Shown here: positions 1 through 14,907 of the stretch, piece after piece
Layout: the number at the start of each line of letters is the position of its first letter
How positions within the stretch are numbered: position 1 is the first letter of the stretch
Origin: the human T2T-CHM13v2.0 reference genome, Homo sapiens
Strand: one strand, 5' to 3'
Length of the DNA: 64,000 nucleotides
NCBI RefSeq assembly: GCF_009914755.1
Contig: NC_060943.1
Notes under the pieces: model-generated
What the model was told of the DNA's origin: nothing
What the model saw: the letters and a program-made list of their open reading frames with translations, nothing else
The model's database searches: none
Program-made: the position numbers and the translations under genes

Positions 1-594
1 AGAGCAGAGGTACAGGAGTTAGAAACTAAATGGCTGTCTCAGATGTCTTTGTTCTGGAGATGATGGCAGCAATGAAGATTTGGAGCAGAAGAGGGAGGTG
101 ATCTTCCCCAGGCCTCATGAGGCTCCTGTGGCTGAGCACAGACAACAGACTGTGGGTTTAAGGGAGTTGGTAGCAATACCAAAGAGGAAAGAGGAGACTA
201 CTGCAATAGTCCAGGTGAGTGTAGATGATGTGGGCCAGAGTAGTGGCCACAGTGTGGCAGAAATGGTTGAATTTTGGATTGTAGGTCGGCTCTGATTTTC
301 TGGTATTGGGACTGAGAGATAAGAAGGGGTGACTCAAGGCTTTTTGAGTTTAGTAGCTGGAAGCATAGAAGCTCCATCTACTGGGAGAGCCAAGTAGATA
401 GTAGAATTGTTTTTCACTCAGGACATCAGGAATGTGTTTTGTCCATGTTAAAAATATGAGATGTTTTAGAGAATAAGTAAGTAGCTATATCAAGTGGCTA
501 GGTGGACACACAGGTCTTGGACTCTGAGGAAGGGTGCAGGATAGAGACTTCTACAAAGAGTGGAGGATATTATTGAACTAGGATGGAGCCCTAT

Positions 595-970
595 GTCTGT
601 TAGGCCATTTGCATTACTATAAAGAAATACCTAAGGCTGGGTAGTTTATAAAGAAACAAGGTTTATTACAGCTTATAGTTCTGCAGGCTGTACAGGAAGC
701 TTAGCGCTAGTCTCCACTTCTGGTGAGGGCCTCAGGAAGCTTCCAATCATTGCAGAAGGCAAAAAGGGAGCCAGCAAGGCAGGAGGGAGGCACCAGTCTC
801 TTTTTAGCAACCAGGTCTCATGTGAACTTATTACTGTTGGAAGGATACTATGCCATTCATGAGGGATCCACCTCCATGACCCAGATAACCTCCCACTAGG
901 CCCCACTTCCAACATTGGGGATCACATTTCCAGGTGAGATTTGAAGGGGACAAATATCCAGGCTATATCA
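595..970. mobile_element. MST-type MaLR LTR
   Basis: Begins ...ttaggccatttgcattactataaagaaatacctaaggctggg; ends ...atatca; resembles recalled MST consensus. Confidence 0.7.
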
Positions 971-971
971 G

Positions 972-1385
972 TGTCTTACCTTGGGTTGATAATGAAATAA
1001 CCTATATTGGTGGCTTAAACAACAAAAATTTGTTTCTCACAGTTCTGCAGGCTAGGAAATTCTACATCAGGGTGCCTCTAGATTCACTTATTTGTGATGG
1101 GCTGCTTCTTGACTTGCAGTGGCTGCCCTCTTGCTTTTTCCTCACATGGCCTTTCCTGGGAGGGAGTATGTAAAGAAAGCAAGGAATCTCTTTCTTTCTA
1201 TTCTTACAAAAGCATTAATTCCATCATGAGGGCCCCACTCTTTTGACCTTATCTAAATCTAATTACCACCCAAAGATTCCATCTCCAAATACTATCACAT
1301 TATATTAGGCTTCATTGTGTTAGTGCTTCAATGTAAGCATTTTGTGGGTGGGCGTGGGGCAGAAACATTAAGCCCATAACATCAT
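972..1385. mobile_element. MLT1-type MaLR LTR
   Basis: ggcttaaacaacaaaaatttgtttctcacagttctgcaggctagg...cccataaca. Confidence 0.6.
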
Positions 1386-1620
1386 AGATCCCATTTAGTA
1401 GTGGGATTCCTGGTCATGATGATAATATTAATAGCAGGCCAGGAAGGGGAAGGGTGGGAGCCACAAGAGGGTACCATACTTGGGTATCTGGATGGATGTT
1501 GTGGAAATCACAAATACAGGTTATAGAGGGAAGCAGCCCTAGGAATAATACAGAGAGAGGATACCAGGCAGGTGGCCAAGGGTTATGAAGGATGAGTGAA
1601 TATAAGATGGATGTGGAGGC

Positions 1621-2287
1621 TGCATTAGTCCATTTTCGTGCTGCTGATAAAGACATACCTGAGACTGGGAAGAAAAAGAGGGTTAATGGACTTGCAGTTC
1701 CACATGGCTGGGGAGGCCTCACAATCATGGTGGAAGGCAAGGAAGAGCAAGTCACATCTTACATGGATGGCAGCAGGCAAAAAGAGAGTTTGTGCAGGGG
1801 AACTCCTCTTTTTAAAACCATCAGTTCTTCTTTTTTTGAGATGGAGTCTTGCTCTGTTCCCCAGGCTGGAGGGCAGTGGTGAGATCTCAGCTCCCTACAG
1901 CCTCCACCTCCCAGACTCAAGGGATTCTCCTGTCTCAGCCTCCCAAGTAGCTGGGATTACAGGCATCCACCACCACACCCAGCTAATTTTCGTATTTTTA
2001 GTAGAGACGGGGTTTCACCACATTGGCCAGGCTGGTCTCAAGCTCCTGATCAAGTGATCCACCCGCCTTGGCCTCCCAAAGTGCTGGGATTAGAGGCGTG
2101 AGCCACTGCAACCAGCCTTAAAACCATCAGTTCTCGTGAGACTTATTCACTATTGCGAGAACAGCACAAGAAAGACCCACCCCCATGATTCAGGTACCTC
2201 CTACTGGATCCCTCCCATGACACATGGGAATTGTGGGAGTTACAATTCAAGATGAGATTTGGGTGGAGACACAGCCAAACCATATTA
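1621..2287. mobile_element. THE1 LTR interrupted by a minus-strand Alu (~1829-2117)
   Basis: THE1 termini tgcattagtccattttc...ccaaaccatatta; Alu TSD TTAAAACCATCAGTTCT on both sides. Confidence 0.85.
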
Positions 2288-3205
2288 GAGACATAATGGG
2301 ATTTCAGACAAGATGAGGCTGAAGCCAGACCTAATGCTTTACTGCTATATAGCCTCACCAGGATCTTATGACTGGCTCCTATGCCTAGGGAGTTTCATGC
2401 AGGCTGGTGGATCAGTTTAGGGGCAGAAGTAGTCATCTGGGAGCATCACTTAACCTTGGGTGGAGGGCCACCAGGCAAGGTTTTGAATGAAGGGTAGCAA
2501 GACAGTTACTGTTACTGTTACTGTTTAGTGCAGTTACTGTTTAGTGCAGTACAAGTTGGAAAGGGCCATGTGTATCTGAGATATGTATGTGGTTCTGGGT
2601 GGCTGAGGTTGATGAAAGGAGTAGACTCAGGTAGGAAGGGCTTCAGAGCAGGATATGGGGCTGCCTGTGGCAGTAGGGACCATCATAGGTCTGGGTAGTC
2701 CTGGAACTTGTTTGAATTTGCAAGCACTTTCTAGATGTCTTGTGCTGAGTAACATATAGGAAGGCAGGAGAGATGCCTGTGTTGTGGGATCGGGGTGGAG
2801 GTGGCTGAGGGAGTGAGTTGGGTAAGAGAGGTGTGGTGGAAAGAGTGATGCACATATGAAGACGGAGTGTGAGCTTTTGTTTCATGAGTCTGGACATTGA
2901 GGACATGAGGGTGAAATGTGAACCCAGACCTTCAGTTGTGTTTGGGAGCCATGGTCTGAGGGATTCCAGGAGAATTTATAGACACAAGAATGTGGTTTCT
3001 ATCTGTCCACCTGCCTGTTGTTGCTGTGGGAGAACACAGTGACCAATGAGACCATGAGAGAGTAGGCATCAGTGGCATCAGGGCCTGTTGTATTCGCTGA
3101 GGTGGGGAGATGGGGAGGAGGGTGAGCCAGGGATGGATGTTTGGGGGAATCAACTTGGGGTCCTAGGAAAGATGCTGACCATGGAATGAACTGTCCCCAT
3201 CATAG

Positions 3206-3505
<300 letters not shown>

Positions 3506-3849
3506 TAACACCTGTTTCCTCTAGGTATGCAGTGAAGGGTCTGGGAGACAGGATCTTTCTTTCAACCTAAAGGATTTGTCCTTGCCTTCTCCATGACAGG
3601 ATGGCTTTCTCCAGTTCTAGGATGCTCTTTGTTCCATGTTCTGCCTTTTGCTTCTAACTAAAATCTCAAGCTGCCTGTTTCAGGAATTGCAGGTATCATC
3701 ATGTTAACTACTTAACTGGTCCATAGGCTTTTCATAAAGATCCACCTGAAAGATTTTCTTGTAACATTATTTTTCACTGCTGTAGTTTGTCATGTGCTGA
3801 GTTGCTCTGTGCCAGTGCTGGCTGTGCACCTCTCTGGTCTTCCCTTTAG

Positions 3850-3959
3850 GGCATACATCTTATAGGTCTGGTATAGTTGCACAACTGGGATTCGAGGATG
3901 GCTCTGGTTGCTTTACAGGGTGCAAACAGCAAGATAGTCTCAGAGGAGGCCTGGCCCTA
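3850..3959 (+). pseudogene. Dead KRAB-B exon of ZNF530
   Basis: ccctttag|gg cat aca tct tat agg tct ggt ata gtt gca caa ctg (GHTSYRSGIVAQL), then a frameshift, a TAG and RRPGP; donor reads a|atgagt instead of g|gtgagt. Homologous to 18327-18437 and 38841-38962. Confidence 0.7.
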
Positions 3960-4614
3960 ATGAGTGACAACTAAGGGAGGGCAAGACACTAGGGCTGTTT
4001 CTAATCACACCATAAACCTGTCCTGAGTTCTCAGTGATTGGGTGCTGATTCCATAGGACATATATCATTTCTCTCTTTTTTTTCTTTTCTACACATGTTC
4101 TGATTTTTATTTCATCCATGACTTCCAGCCCTTGGCTGCTACCAATTTCTGGCCTCCATGTGTCACCTGTTCCTTTCCAGTGCAACTTCTAGAGTGTTCT
4201 CTAACACTGACCCACATGTAATATGTTGTCAGATGTGCACATGTTTTTAAATAGTCCTTCCACACCTAGTATTCAGTTCCCATGGGTGTCTACTGGGCCT
4301 GGACACCAATAATCTTCTGTGCAGTGTACCGAAGTCCTCTCTTCTCATCAGGGGAGGAAGTCCTGATAAAAGCTTTTGGCAGAATAGTGAGTCAGAGACC
4401 CTACCTGTTCTCTCTGAGTTGTGCCCCATCTTTGTGTCTTTCATCTCATAAGGCCTCCCTTGTTCTGTGACTTGTAGAGGCTTTTTTCCACAAATTTCCA
4501 CCAGCTCTCATATCCTAAAAACATTTTCTTAGACTCATTCTTTGACACACATTTTTGATGTAACTTCTCACACCATAGTAAATCTGTGTTTTCTCAGCAT
4601 TTCTCTTCTTTCAG

Positions 4615-6572
<1,958 letters not shown>

Positions 6573-7734
6573 TTGTGTTGTGACATTTAACACAAGATTT
6601 CCCAAAGAAGAAAGGCCTTATATATGCTGTGAATGTGTTTTTGCTTGTTAGTTTGTTTTAACTTGGTATGACGGCACTGGAGGCTAGCCTTTGAGAAGAG
6701 CCTTCTCTGATGTGACTCATGTATCCAAACATCCATGGATTTCCCATAAATTTGAGGTATGTGGGAAGCATGTGTAGCTATGTTGTACTCTCTAAACCTG
6801 CCCAGGGACCTTACCAGATTCGTGTCACTGCCAGTTTCTGCGGCTGAAGCCTTTTCATCACTACCCGCTGGGAGACCCACAGAGTGTGCATCAGTCACCA
6901 CCCCAACATGCTCAGGGAGGCAGAGTTCTTCCATTAGTTGGAGGAAAGCACGAGTAGTCTAAGCTCTTAGGGGGGTTTCTCATTTCCTCCTGTGGCTACA
7001 TAGTGCATATAACTACCCCAGTGTTGGCCCCAGGACCTGATCTGAGTTCTGCTGGCAGCTTCCAGAGGATTGCCTTTTTTGAGGACATTGTTGATCTCAG
7101 GCGATGCTTGTGATGAAGCATTTTTTAGCTTCCACCACTTACCAGGAACTGCCTGTTAACTGGCTTGTGCAATGATAAAGGCCTTTTGTTTAAGTACCTT
7201 TAATCTTGTAAGTTGTATTAATTGTTGAGTAGTTTGGAAACATAATAGGACTCTGTCAGCTTAAAAGGGTATATAACATTTGTGGGGATTCAAATTTTGT
7301 TTGCCTCAGAGGGGACAGTATGCTCACAGAATATAGATTTTGCTCCATTTTTGGCCTATTTCGCATTGTTTCCAAGGCCTTCTAGGAGACACTGCAGGGC
7401 TTTCTGGCTCTGATTTTTGCCTGCATGTGGGCTCAGAGGTCATTCTGCAGAGGGGGCAGTTGTGGCAACTTCCATTGTTTCTGGAGACAACACAAAGTTT
7501 TTCTTGTTGAGTGAGGATATCACATAATGCCCTGCAATGTTTAGAATCCCTTAATGAGGTCCTGTGAAGGAGCTGTGTCCCTTGAAACACAGAATTCAGT
7601 GAGCTAGTGTCCCTAGCTATAAAACCATGGGGCTGGAGCGAAACATAATTGGTAAAGAAACGCTGGGTTGAATAATAGGGAATGGAGGAGACTGCAGCAA
7701 ATTAGATGGACTGTTCCTCATATAAAGTTTCATC

Positions 7735-8573
7735 CGGCCGGGCGCAGTGGCTCACACCTTTAATCCTAGCACTTTGGGAGGCTGAGGTGGGTGGATCACA
7801 AGGTCGGGAGTTCAATAACAGCCTGGCCAAGGTGGTGAAACCCTGGAAGGCTGAGGCAGATAATTGCTTGAACTTGGGAGGCAGAGGTTGCAGTGAGCTC
7901 AGATCACACCACTGCACTCCAGCCTGGGTGACAGAGCGAGACTGCGTCTCAAAAAAAAAAAAAAAAAGATCCATTCAGGCCAGTCACAGTGGCTCATGCG
8001 TGTAATCCCTACACTTTCCGAGGCCATGGCGTGCAGATCACTTGAGGTCAGGAGTCAGAGACCAGACTGGCCAACATGGTGAAACCCCATCTCTACTGAA
8101 AATACAAAAATTAACCAGGTGCAGTGGTGCACGTCTATAATCCCAGCTGCTCTGAAGGCTGACGCACCAAGAATAGCTTGAACCCGGAAGTGGAGGTTGC
8201 AGTGAGCTGAGACCACACCACTGCACTCCAGCCCGGGTGATGGAGTGAGACTCTGTTTCCAAAAAAAAAAAGGCTGGGCGTGGTGGCTCACGCCTGTAAT
8301 CCCAGCACTTTAGGAGGCCGAGGTGGGTGGATAACCCAAGGTCAGGAGTTCGAGACCAGCCTGGTCAACATGGCGAAACCCTGTCTCTACTAAAAGTACA
8401 AAAATTGTAAAAGTAAAAAGTAAAAGTAAAAGCTGGGTGTGGTGGCAGGCACCAGTAATCCTAGCTACTCAGGAGACAGGCAGAAGAATCTCTTGAACCT
8501 GGGAGGTGAGCCGAGATCGCACCATTGCACTTCGGCCTGGGCAACAACAGCGAAACTCTGTCTCAAAAAAAAA
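7735..8573 (+). mobile_element. Three head-to-tail Alus
   Basis: Alu 5' ends at ~7735, ~7978 and ~8273, each with an A tail. Confidence 0.9.
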
Positions 8574-9338
8574 GTATCCACAAATGTTCCAGTGACTATG
8601 ACTGCAAGATCACTGTGTGCAGAAATCTCTAGAAATGTGTGTCTTGTAGCTCAAGTTATTACTAGAGACAACAAGGGTTTTGTGGATTCCTGTAGCCTCT
8701 CTGGCCTGTTTACTTCAAGGCCATTGCTGCACAGACAAAAAAAAAAAAGGATGAAGTCAAGAGAGATTCGGTTGTCCTTGGTGCGGCTTTTGTGATCCAG
8801 TAGCAATCCTCTTAACGCTGATGGAAATGGCCTTCATTGCTCACCTGTATTTCCTGCCACTGAAGCAGGTCTGCCTCTACGTGGCCTGGGGAGCTAGATG
8901 GTAGAGTCAATAGAGACTTAGTAAACCAGACTTTTTGAAGTGTCAATGACCAAGATTGTTATTGCATCCATTAAAAAAAAATCAAGTTATAATTGATGTG
9001 GAATAAATTATATATATTTAAAGTGTACAACTTGATAAGTTCTGACATAAATGTAAACCCATGGAAGCATTGTTGTAATCATAAGAATGAGCATATCTCA
9101 CCTGCATATTTTACTTTTGCTCTTTTATAATACATTCCAGAATATGCAGGCAACTTTTAACATTCCTTTACAATTGATTGACTTGAATTTTCTGGAATTT
9201 TATTTTAGACATCATAAAGTGTGTATTTTTTTGTGCTTTTATTTATAAAACTTCCCCTTAGGTAAGGGCCTGAGGTTAACTTTGGAGGTGACAGATATGT
9301 CCAACACCATTGATAGGGTGATGATTTCAAAAGTGTAC

Positions 9339-9341
<3 letters not shown>

Positions 9342-9378
<37 letters not shown>
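9342..9378 (+). repeat. (TG)n microsatellite
   Basis: Read directly; inverted counterpart is the (CA)n at 21888-21923. Confidence 0.95.
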
Positions 9379-9381
<3 letters not shown>

Positions 9382-9849
9382 CTTACTGTTTTAATATGTG
9401 CAGTACATTGCATGTTGATTACACCTCAATGAACCTATAAAAAGTTATTCCATTTAAAAATCTGGGCCTCCCACTTCTATTGGAAACTGGACAACTTGAC
9501 AGCCTGCAGTGTTTTGAAACAGCATGGATTGGGTGTCTTGTTTCCAGCATATGTCCCATGTTCCCCAACACTGTTCCTCAGGAAACAGGGAGGAACAGCT
9601 GTTCCTCAGGACCTGCTGAGTGGCCATATTCCCTGAAGGCCAGAAAAGTAACAAGGTGACCGTTTTGGACAAAATTCTGAGCTTAAAACCTTGCCTGAAT
9701 CAGTAGCCCCCAAATTCATTGTGCACATCTTATAATTTCCAAGAACACACATATTAAGTGAATATTTTTATGTTTATAATTGTGAAATGGTCTGTTCAGG
9801 GCTGTCATTCCTCAACCTTTTTTTTCAACCACCCTCTCATTAAGGAAGC

Positions 9850-11090
9850 ATATGTATTAATCATGGTTTCTGTTTTTTGTATTATATGTCTTGACATCTT
9901 AAAATTCTTGCTGGTGACAGAGAGACTTACCCTACCAGAGGTAGCTAATTTCTAAAAATAGTAAACAACTACCTTGAGAGCAAGGCAAGCCAACTACCCT
10001 CTTTATCTAACTCTTACTCACCAAGCCAATACTTTCCCTGCACTAAATCATCCCAGCGTTACTGCCAGTGATTTTGCAGCAGTCTGCAGCAATTTTGGTC
10101 CTTGCCTCCTCAGAAGAAAATTCAACCGAGGAGGCAGAGGTTGGCTTAAGGCACAGGAAGAGACCAAGGCAAGTTTTTTTTAGCAGGAGTGAGAGTTTAT
10201 TAAAATGTTTTAGAGTAGGAGTGAAAGGAATCAAAGTACACTTGGAAAAGGGCCAAGTGGATAACTTGAGAGGTCAAGTGCCCCACTTGATCCTTGGCTT
10301 GGGACTTTATACATTTGCTTATTTCCCAGGCTCTTTATTCTCCTTCCTTCGGTAGGCTGTTGCTTGACTACTGCATGCACAGTGGTCTGCCAGTACTTGG
10401 GAGGGGCCGCATGCAGTTTGTTTACTGAAGTCATACATATACTCATTTGGGGTGATCTTCCCTTAACAAGTCATGCACCCCCAGAGGAAGGTCAAATACC
10501 AGTCAAATTTTGCCATCTTGCCCCATTTTGTGCATGCTCGAAACCTTATCAGGGGTTGTGGTTCACTGGCTCCAGGTGTTTTCTATCTGTTGGAAAACTC
10601 TTTTCCCTCCTGGTACCAATCATGGCCACTTATCATCTCAGAGGGATAGTTTTATGCTTTCCTGTCCTTCACCCAATGAGAGCTGGACATCTCGGGGGTC
10701 CCTCTCTTGTTTTGTTTATTATCTCAGAGGAAAAGATTTATGATTGCCTGTCCTTGACTCCAAAATTGCCTGACATTCCTGGGGTCCCTCTCTCCTGCCC
10801 TACTCTTATCTACCTACTCTAACACCAGGGTGAGGGTATGAGGCAACTAGAGACCACCCCTGTAAATCGAAGCCAACCAGAATTATTCAGACTAGCCAGT
10901 ACTCAGCTGTTTGCTCTGATCTGGCCTAGGCTTTCCCCTAGCTCTTGCTTCTTCCTTTAGACTGAAACCTGTTCCTCCTGTGGCCCTGCATGGCATACTG
11001 TACTTCCCATTTCTAGGGAAATTCTGAGTAACATTAAACTTTTATTTCACTGGCATTGAGCTCTCCATGTCCTTTTCCAATAAAGACCCA
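9850..11090. mobile_element. Nested ERV1 LTRs: MER50-like (~10057-10823) inside an older LTR
   Basis: Inner element ends ...tatctacctactctaaca; outer LTR-like sequence on both sides; family names tentative. Confidence 0.55.
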
Positions 11091-11099
11091 TCCACAAAT

Positions 11100-12370
<1,271 letters not shown>

Positions 12371-13039
12371 AAAAGCATTTATAATGGTTCTTCTTTTCAG
12401 ATAAGAAACATCACCAAAAGGAAATAGATATATCTCAACTTTTGGGCTAGGAACTCTCATTTGGATAAAAGAATATTTCTCCTTTGGTTGGACATTAGTG
12501 ACCATACAGGCAGGAAAGGTGCCTTCCTTGACCACCTTCTCTCGCCTGTCTTCCTCCTCATGGTTCTCTCAGGTATTTTTTTTCTGAGGAAACCAGAGGA
12601 AGAGCTCTATATTAGTCCACTTGCCTCAGGGAGCTCCAGCATCCCTCCATAGCCACTGTCTGGAGACCATTCTTCCACTCCATGGCCCTGCCTGGGGACA
12701 ATTCTCTGTTAACTCTGACCCAACTGAGGCTCACAAAACTGACTCAAAGCTTCCCTCTACAGTACACATATTTTTTAAATGAAGGAAATTTGACTGAACT
12801 ATGAGTGGACTCAGAGTGACATTGGATGTTGTGTGTCCATTTGGTGGTGTGGCTTCAGGGAACATCTGTAAGAATATATCCCAATATTTCGGGGATCCCT
12901 GCAGACCTCACTACACAAGACCTGGTTGAGGGTCCTTTAAAAGGAGCGAAGCCACGCCCTGACCTCAGAGTCTCAGGGCATAATTTCTCAGCGCCCCTCG
13001 CAGTACCATTTGGCCTTTGCCCAGCGTGCAGGGGAGTTA

Positions 13040-13720
13040 GCCGTCACCACGGCCAAGTGCACATGAGAACTGCATTGCCCAGAAACCTGTGCGCCGCCCG
13101 GCGGCGGCACTCTTAGGGGCGTCTCCCTGCGGACGGAAGCTCTCTGGGCGGGACTTCCGGTATCTTCCTCGCGGTGGACATCTTGTCGGCTCTTAGGTGG
13201 AACCATCGGAGCAGAAGCTCGGGGTTGCTGGGCGGTTCCGAGGTGACGGAAGCGGGAGGGTGCGGGAGAAGTCGCTGTTCGCTCTGCGGAGTGGCTCGCC
13301 AGCGAAGACCCCGCCTGCGCCCCCGGGGACGGACGACCGCGGTGCCAGGGTCCCGCGACCTGGGACCCCCTCGCGGCTCCGGGTGGTCTACGAACTGTGA
13401 TGGCGGCGGCCGCGGTGATGGGCCCGGCGCAGGTGGGTGCTGCCTTTCCCAGACTTTCGCCCGCCCCAAATCCTGAAGTTCCAAATGAGGAGCGCCTGTC
13501 TGAGTCCCTGCAGCGCAGGCCCCAGTGTCCAAGGCAGCGGGGCGCTGGTGGGTGGGGGCGAGTGTGACTGGCAGAGGGGCAGCCTGAGCATAGGTTTGGA
13601 GCTGGACTGAGCCCGTAGCAGTCGGGAGCGTGTGTGAACCGTAGTCAGGCCTGCAATGTCGAGGGGAGAAGTTGCTCCTTCATTGCGAGGACGATAGGAG
13701 CCATGGCGGGTTTTGAATGG
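13040..13720 (+). promoter_or_regulatory. ZNF134: ZNF134 CpG-island promoter / exon 1
   Basis: CpG-dense; ZNF143-like ACTGCATTGCCCAGAAACC at 13069-13087; ETS-like GGAA/TTCC cores at ~13134-13160 and ~13247; donor CAG|gtgggt at 13433. Confidence 0.88.
13400..13432 (+). other. ZNF134: Ancestral KRAB-ZNF start MAAAAVMGPAQ, now the 5' part of a predicted uORF
   Basis: gtgATGg strong Kozak; 11 codons to a phase-0 donor; family-typical MAAA..PAQ leader, compare ZNF211 [10 protein letters not shown]. Confidence 0.75.
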
Positions 13721-14400
13721 TGGAGGAAAGGGATCCGAAAAAGGATTTTTAAAGTATTCCAATGTTTGCTGAGGAGGAAACCGACTACAGTGAGGTAGAA
13801 ACGATGAGGATGGAGGCAAGGAGACGTTTGAGGAGGTCCCTGCAACAAACTCCAGAAGTGTTGCGGTGGTGGCTGGGCCAGAGCAGTGGCAGGAGGGGTT
13901 GGGTGGGGAAGTCATGAGATTCTGGGTAGATTTTTAAAGATGGAACCAATGGGGTTTCCTGCCGCATCAGATGTGGTCGTGAGTGAATGTAGGGAGGAAA
14001 GGGCTATCCAGGGTTTTTTTGGCCTGTTTTCCTTCCTGAACGTGTGAAAGAATGGAAATTGGTAAGTCACAGCAGGGAGCACGTTTCAGGGGCATCAGGA
14101 ATTGGGTTTTGGACTTGGTGAATCTAAGGTGTTCTGCACTGGAGGTTCATCACGGGTAGCTGAACATGCAGGTCTGGGGTTCTAGAGAGGGAGTTGTGCT
14201 AGAGACTTCAATGGGTGAGGCATAAGGTCAAAGCCTGTAGTAGATCAGATTTAGAGGGTGGAATTTCAAGGAAGTTATTTTGTGTGGTCTCTGAAGTGAG
14301 AGGTGGGTTTAGGGTGGAAGGCCAGGGATGAAGGGGTGGACACTTAAGATTCCTTCCAGAAAGGAGGGGTCCTGGCATGTGAAAGCATTCTAGATGGTGT

Positions 14401-14907
14401 TGTTGGAAGTCAATGCTTGGTGCTGCAAAGTGAAACCAGCACTCAGGCAAAAGTTTTCTCAGCAAGGCAATTTACTTCTGTGCAAGTGTGCTGCCTGTGT
14501 TAATCACGATCCCAAGAGCACACTGAACAAAGGAGGGAAGGGGTTTTTATCTCTAACCCATAGTCCCTACCTTCCTCTGTGTCACTCCCCCATGGGCTGG
14601 GGTCGGACCGCTTAATCTAAGCTGAGCCAATTGGGTATTTGTGAGTATTTTCCAAATAAGGAAGAGGGAAGGGGAAGGTGAGTTACAGTGGTGGGACATG
14701 TGAGTTGTGTAGGACGTGTGGTTTTGGCGGGGGCAATGGGTGCAAAGTGAGTAAGGGAACAGATGTGAATTATTGGTTAGTGCTTACAGGAAGGTTGTTT
14801 ATAGTAACTAGGGGCAAGGAGGCATGGAGAACAAGAAAGGTTTGAGAACAAAGAACAAGGAAGTTAACAGGCTAAACCTTTGAAGAGGAATTTTATTATA
14901 TCTTATA
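14401..14907 (-). mobile_element. LTR10-like (HERV-I) solo LTR in ZNF134 intron 1
   Basis: Minus strand starts tataagatataataaaattcctcttcaaaggtttagcctg; 4-bp TSD GTGT. Confidence 0.7.

Noticed and set aside
2502-2550. Short tandem repeats (gttact)n and a doubled gttactgtttagtgca
   Set aside because: Ordinary slippage in an intron.
13113-13915. GC-rich ORFs on both strands of the CpG islands (also 32074-32641)
   Set aside because: Stop-poor GC-rich sequence; only the short spliced segments are supported.
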